A stretch of 64,000 nucleotides of DNA, from assembly GCA_965206845.1 (NCBI GenBank), contig OZ242221.1:1088001-1152000 (forward strand), written 5' to 3'. The notes beneath the pieces are model-generated. The model saw only the letters and a list, made by a program, of their open reading frames with translations, did not search any database and was not told where the DNA came from. Origin of the DNA: Cenarchaeum sp. Lineage in GTDB: Archaea; Thermoproteota; Nitrososphaeria; Nitrososphaerales; Nitrosopumilaceae. How positions within the stretch are numbered: position 1 is the first letter of the stretch; each line of letters starts with the position of its first letter. Of this stretch, positions 59,538 to 64,000 are shown piece by piece. A program made the position numbers and the translations under genes.

Positions 59538-60737
59538 TTGATCAAAAAGGCCGTGCTGGCGTTCTCCGGGGGACTTGACACCTCGGTCGTCGTAAAGTAC
59601 CTGCAGGAGAAGTACGACATGGATGTCGTAACGGTCACAGTCGATGTCGGCCAGGGCGATGACTATGCGTCAATCGACGCAAAGGCCAAGACCCTTGGGG
59701 TGCGCAAGCACTACACCATAAACGCAAAGGAGGAGTTTGCCCGCGATTACATCGTCCCCTCGATCAAGGCAAACGCGCTGTACCAGAAGAAGTACTGCCT
59801 GGCAACGGCCCTGGCGCGCCCGCTGATCGCCCGGAAGCTCCTGGACATCGCAAGGGTGGAGAACGCCGACGCTCTGGCGCACGGCTGCTCCGGCAAGGGA
59901 AACGACCAGGTGCGCTTTGACACTACCATGAGGGCAGGCTCTGACCTTCCCATCATCGCCCCCATCCGCGACCTGAACCTGGACCGGCCGGCGGAGCTGG
60001 AGTTTGCAGAGGAGCACGGCATACGCATAGACGGCGTGGCCAAGAAGTTCAGCATAGACCAGAACCTGTGGGGTCGCGCCCTGGAGGGCGGCGTGCTGGA
60101 GGATCCCATGACGGAGCCCCCGGGCGACGCGTTCATCTGGGTAAAGACCAGGGATCTTCCCGACGAGCCCAGCTACCTTGAGATACAGTTTCAGAGGGGG
60201 GTTCCCGTTGCGGCAGACGGGAAGACACTCCAGCCCGTGGATCTCATCGAGTACGTCAACCAGAAAGCGGGTGCCGCAGGAGTGGGAATAATCGACCACA
60301 TAGAGGACCGCGTGGTGGGGATAAAGTCCAGGGAGGTGTACGAGACGCCTGGCGCGTCCTGCCTCATCGAGGCGCACTCGGACCTGGAGAAGATGGTCCA
60401 CACGTCACACCAGACCCGGCTCAAGTCCATACTGGACGACGAGTGGGCCCGGCTTGCATACTCGGGGCTCTGGGAGGATCCCCTCCGAAGGGACATAGAC
60501 GCATTCATTGAGAGCTCCCAGGGCGTGGTCTCGGGTACCGTGCGCATAAGGATGCACAAGGGATCCATGAGGGTGGTGGGAAGAAGCTCCGAGCACTCCC
60601 TGTACAGCCGCGAGGTGGCCACCTACGGGGCAGAGTCCTCCTTTGACCAGCGGCTTGCCCGCGGCTTTGTGAACCTCTGGGGGCTGCAGTCAACAGAAGC
60701 TAATAAATTACAAGAGGGAAGGCTGAAAAAAATATGA
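59538..60737 (+). CDS. argG: Argininosuccinate synthase
   Basis: LAFSGGLDTS, HGCSGKGNDQVRF, SIDQNLWG, GIKSREVYE. Confidence 0.97.
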   Translation: MIKKAVLAFSGGLDTSVVVKYLQEKYDMDVVTVTVDVGQGDDYASIDAKAKTLGVRKHYTINAKEEFARDYIVPSIKANALYQKKYCLATALARPLIARKLLDIARVENADALAHGCSGKGNDQVRFDTTMRAGSDLPIIAPIRDLNLDRPAELEFAEEHGIRIDGVAKKFSIDQNLWGRALEGGVLEDPMTEPPGDAFIWVKTRDLPDEPSYLEIQFQRGVPVAADGKTLQPVDLIEYVNQKAGAAGVGIIDHIEDRVVGIKSREVYETPGASCLIEAHSDLEKMVHTSHQTRLKSILDDEWARLAYSGLWEDPLRRDIDAFIESSQGVVSGTVRIRMHKGSMRVVGRSSEHSLYSREVATYGAESSFDQRLARGFVNLWGLQSTEANKLQEGRLKKI

Positions 60738-60901
60738 ACTGCCCCGAATGCGATGCTGACGTGCCAGTACCGGATGACGCCGCCGTGGGTGAGATAGTCT
60801 CCTGCCCGGACTGCGGGGCCGACTATGAGATATCCAAGAAGAACGGCTCCGCGATCGAGGTAAAACAGGCGGAGACCGTCGGCGAAGACTGGGGAGAGTA
60901 A
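60734..60901 (+). CDS. lysW: Amino-group carrier protein LysW/ArgW, not in the ORF track
   Basis: MNCPECDA...CPDCG...EDWGE C-terminus. Confidence 0.96.
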   Translation: MNCPECDADVPVPDDAAVGEIVSCPDCGADYEISKKNGSAIEVKQAETVGEDWGE

Positions 60902-61752
60902 TGCCAAGGATCGGCATCGTCTTTGACCGGCTGCGGTCAGAGGAGAAGATGCTGCAAAAGGCGGCAGCCGGCATGGGCCACGACACGGTCATGACAGACG
61001 CCAAGATCACACAGTTTGACACCGATGGCCAGGCGCCGGATCTTGGCGACGTGGTTCTGGAGAGGTGCGTGAGCCACTTTCGGGGGCTGTACTTTGCCTC
61101 GTGCCTGGAGTTTCTGGGGGTTCCGTCCGTGAACAGCTCCGCAGTCTCGCATTTATGCGGAAACAAGATGCTCACCACGCTGCAGCTAAAGAGGAGCGGA
61201 GTGCCCACGCCGCGGACCCTCTTTGCGTTCTCCCAGGAGGCGGCAGCCGAGTGCATCGAGCGCGCCGGATACCCCATGGTGATAAAGCCCGTCATCGGCA
61301 GCTGGGGAAGGGGCGTCATGAAGGTGGCAGACCGGGATACCATGGATGCCGTAATCGAGGTCAGGGCGCTCTCAGACACCCCCCACGACAGGATCTACTA
61401 CCTACAAGAGGTGGTAAAGAGGCCGCCCCGGGACATCCGGGTCGTTACCGTCGGGGAGAGGCCGGTTGCCGCCATGTACAGGAGATCCTCCGGCGGGTTC
61501 AAGACGAACGTGGCCGCCGGAGCGGATCCCGAGCCCTGCGAGATTACGGGCGAGCTGGAAGATGTTGCGGCCGCCGCGTCCCGCGCCGTCGGCGGCGGGA
61601 TCCTGGGCGTGGATCTGATGGAGGACGAGGCAAGGGGGCTTGTGGTCCACGAGGTGAACAGCACGGTGGAGTTCCGCGGCCTTGCCACCGTCGCCCGGCG
61701 TGACATTCCCCGGGAGATGGTGGAGTTTGCCGTCGGCATGGCGCAAAGGTAG
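60901..61752 (+). CDS. lysX: LysX/ArgX RimK-type ATP-grasp ligase
   Basis: KPVIGSWGRG, RDIRV, ILGVD, HEVN; follows lysW. Confidence 0.9.
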   Translation: MPRIGIVFDRLRSEEKMLQKAAAGMGHDTVMTDAKITQFDTDGQAPDLGDVVLERCVSHFRGLYFASCLEFLGVPSVNSSAVSHLCGNKMLTTLQLKRSGVPTPRTLFAFSQEAAAECIERAGYPMVIKPVIGSWGRGVMKVADRDTMDAVIEVRALSDTPHDRIYYLQEVVKRPPRDIRVVTVGERPVAAMYRRSSGGFKTNVAAGADPEPCEITGELEDVAAAASRAVGGGILGVDLMEDEARGLVVHEVNSTVEFRGLATVARRDIPREMVEFAVGMAQR

Positions 61753-62198
61753 CGCTACCGGCAGTCTTTTGTCTCGTGCCTTTGATCCGGAGGTGTATGC
61801 GGTGTACAGCTTGCCAACTCCTGCTGATCTCGAAGGGCTCGATCTGTGGGGCTACGGTTCTATGACCCTGCCGGTACGGGGTGGGGGGTCGCATTCCCAG
61901 GCCTCTTTTTGTCCCTGACGGTCTACATCATGTGCCAAAACAGCTTGGTTATGGGGACTTTCTAGCTGCGTAGCAGCCTGATCTTCTTCTACATATCATC
62001 GAATCTACCGAAGACGATACCTGCGATTGCCCCTTTGAGCCTCCTTCGCTGCATCCGGATGTGTTATGCTGCGGATCTTTAGCTCTATTACTGCACAGAG
62101 CATTGATCCGTGCCCCGTATCTGCCCGTCCCAAACTTGCGAACGAACTCAAATACACATCAAGAATGTGTGTCAGTACCGGACAGTCGGCAGAGCTTG

Positions 62199-62510
62199 CT
62201 AAACGCACTCTATGCTTTGAGGACTGCACCGCTCAAAGTCAAACCAGTGGGGAAGATCCTCGATATCGTCTAGCGCCAAGATTAAGCCAAATGCAACTAC
62301 GTCTGATCTTTTAAGCGCCACACCCAGAACTACCAGCACTGCCCCAAGTAACCCATGATGCATCCTGCGGCCGCCTGGGTAGACCTTGGGAGGATTCTGC
62401 ATAGACCTCCACAACAACACGGCAGAGAGCGCAAACGAAGCCGCGACTGCAGCTCTTTCGTATTCGCCCATCCTAGACTTTTTGCGCCTAGGGATCCTTA
62501 TTCTGCTCAT
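62199..62510 (-). CDS. Small hypothetical membrane protein
   Basis: Hydrophobic segments, RMHHGLLG and ALDD motifs; TTAATA upstream. Confidence 0.55.
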   Translation of the reverse strand: MSRIRIPRRKKSRMGEYERAAVAASFALSAVLLWRSMQNPPKVYPGGRRMHHGLLGAVLVVLGVALKRSDVVAFGLILALDDIEDLPHWFDFERCSPQSIECV

Positions 62511-62823
62511 GACAGATCTACACGGCGCAGTCTATTAACGATTGCGCGTACTCTGCTCTATGCCTCCTGTGGGCGGTTGCGGGATCCCGTCATGGAATCT
62601 GAGGCATGGCATCTGCTCTCAGAACTTGTATCTGTCATGGATCACTGAAGATGCGCGGTTCTGCCTACCGTCTTTTGATGTGTGCCGGCTCGGGTGGCCC
62701 TTGTGCCGGGATATCCTTGCCGTGCGCGGAAAGCCGCCGCCGGCATCGGGGCGGGCTGCCGGCCAGGCCAATGAACAAGTTGTTCATTCCGGTTAAATGC
62801 TACTTTTTTGAGTATGGCGCAGC

Positions 62824-64000
62824 ATGCAGGATACAGCCAGGCGCAAAGCAGCCAGCCTTGCGCTCATGACAATAATGCTTGCAGGCGGGATGACCATCGC
62901 AATGCCCGGCGAACCGCCGCAGGCAGCGGCGCAGACAGGGACCCTTAGCGTCTCGGCTACGGGAGCGTTTGGCGGACCGCAGATACTTGAGATTGTGGTG
63001 GACGACCCCTCAAGGGACGGGCTTGACTCTGGCACCCCGCTGCCCGACGTCCGCATAGACGACAACAAGGTGGTCATGGCCCAGTCAGACACCGGAAAGT
63101 GGTATGCCTACGTGGCATCTGACGAGCTTACCTCAGAAGTCGGCGTCATGCTGGGCCTGTTCATCTATATCGCCGCAGACGAGGCCGCGCCCACAGGGTA
63201 TGGCGACTCCGGCGCGGAGTCCTTCTTTGTCGGCGCCGGGCAGTTCCTGAGCGCCAAGGCGCTCGGCGGTAACAACGGCGGACAGATCGGCGTCCTTGAT
63301 AACGACTGGCCCGTCATCCAGGTGTACGAGTTCAAGGACGACTCGCCGGTCGACATCACGCACAACGCCGAGACGGTAACCCTGAGGTACAAGGCAGATC
63401 TCAGCGATCTTGCCTCGATACGGGTTGACAGGGTAGACGTGCCGGCAGGCGGCCAGGTGCATGTGGCGATTAGCGACGTCCAGCTGAACCTGAACCCGAC
63501 CAAGGACGACGTGTGGTACATGTGGGCCAACGGCACTACGACGTACGGCGATGCCGACCCGGAAGCCATCGACTGGCAGGACATATTCCGGGGCGACACC
63601 GGGAGGCTTGCCATCAACAACCTTGACCCGATAACCATTGAGTATGATGCAGACGACGGCGCGATGGTAGAGTTTGAGGAGACCGGCCCTAGCACGGGCG
63701 TGTTTGTCAGCTATGACACCAACGAGGAGTCAAGGATCACGGTCAACGGCGACGCCCGCGCCGGCAGTACCTTCACGGTGGACTATGCAGGCAACGACGC
63801 GCAGGTGATAGTCGATGACTTTGACTTTGCCATGGAGCTGGTGAGGGACGGCATAGGCAGCACGTGGGACTCTGGCGAGGATCTCACCGTCAGGCTGTCT
63901 GCCGAGGGCCTGAACCTCAACACACTCAAGGATGACGACATGACGATAGCAGACGACGATCTTCCCGTGCTGATACTGGGAGAGCCCATCACGCTGGCCA
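62824..64000 (+). CDS. Thaumarchaeal S-layer protein (SlaA-like), runs off the window end; not in the ORF track
   Basis: MQDTARRKAASLALMTIMLAGGMTIAMP signal, FGGPQILEIVVDDP, MAQSDTGKWYAY, WPVIQ, FEETGPSTGVF; acidic and beta-rich. Confidence 0.82.
   Translation, partial: MQDTARRKAASLALMTIMLAGGMTIAMPGEPPQAAAQTGTLSVSATGAFGGPQILEIVVDDPSRDGLDSGTPLPDVRIDDNKVVMAQSDTGKWYAYVASDELTSEVGVMLGLFIYIAADEAAPTGYGDSGAESFFVGAGQFLSAKALGGNNGGQIGVLDNDWPVIQVYEFKDDSPVDITHNAETVTLRYKADLSDLASIRVDRVDVPAGGQVHVAISDVQLNLNPTKDDVWYMWANGTTTYGDADPEAIDWQDIFRGDTGRLAINNLDPITIEYDADDGAMVEFEETGPSTGVFVSYDTNEESRITVNGDARAGSTFTVDYAGNDAQVIVDDFDFAMELVRDGIGSTWDSGEDLTVRLSAEGLNLNTLKDDDMTIADDDLPVLILGEPITLA

Overview
Archaeal DNA, GC-rich by eye, from an ammonia-oxidising Thaumarchaeote of the Nitrosopumilaceae type. 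Markers include aIF2 alpha/gamma, rps6e, Nop10, RpoP, EF-1A, Kae1, TgtA, AglB, a CdvB/Snf7 protein, LysW/LysX and a Nitrosopumilus-type S-layer protein. The high GC, abundant IS/MITE debris and a multi-TPR protein suggest a host-associated, Cenarchaeum-like lineage (inference). Most of the window is housekeeping genes plus four tRNAs. Accessory material lies at about 7.1-8.7 kb, 22.3-31.8 kb (nested IS6/IS66/ISH3/MITE island with TPR, pRiA4b-ORF3-like and DUF2075 cargo), 39.3-42.5 kb and 52.5-54.2 kb. The best candidates for something new are: (1) an AT-rich two-gene operon encoding a MORC/GHKL-ATPase fused to an AbiEi-like antitoxin domain, followed by an AbiEii-like nucleotidyltransferase, now damaged by a MITE and a truncation; (2) an orphan multi-stem RNA-like element at 8633-8726 behind its own TATA box; (3) an AglB oligosaccharyltransferase fused to a cyclophilin-like domain; (4) at least four distinct MITE families defined from TIRs and TSDs. 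All protein calls come from motif recognition by eye, not database searches.
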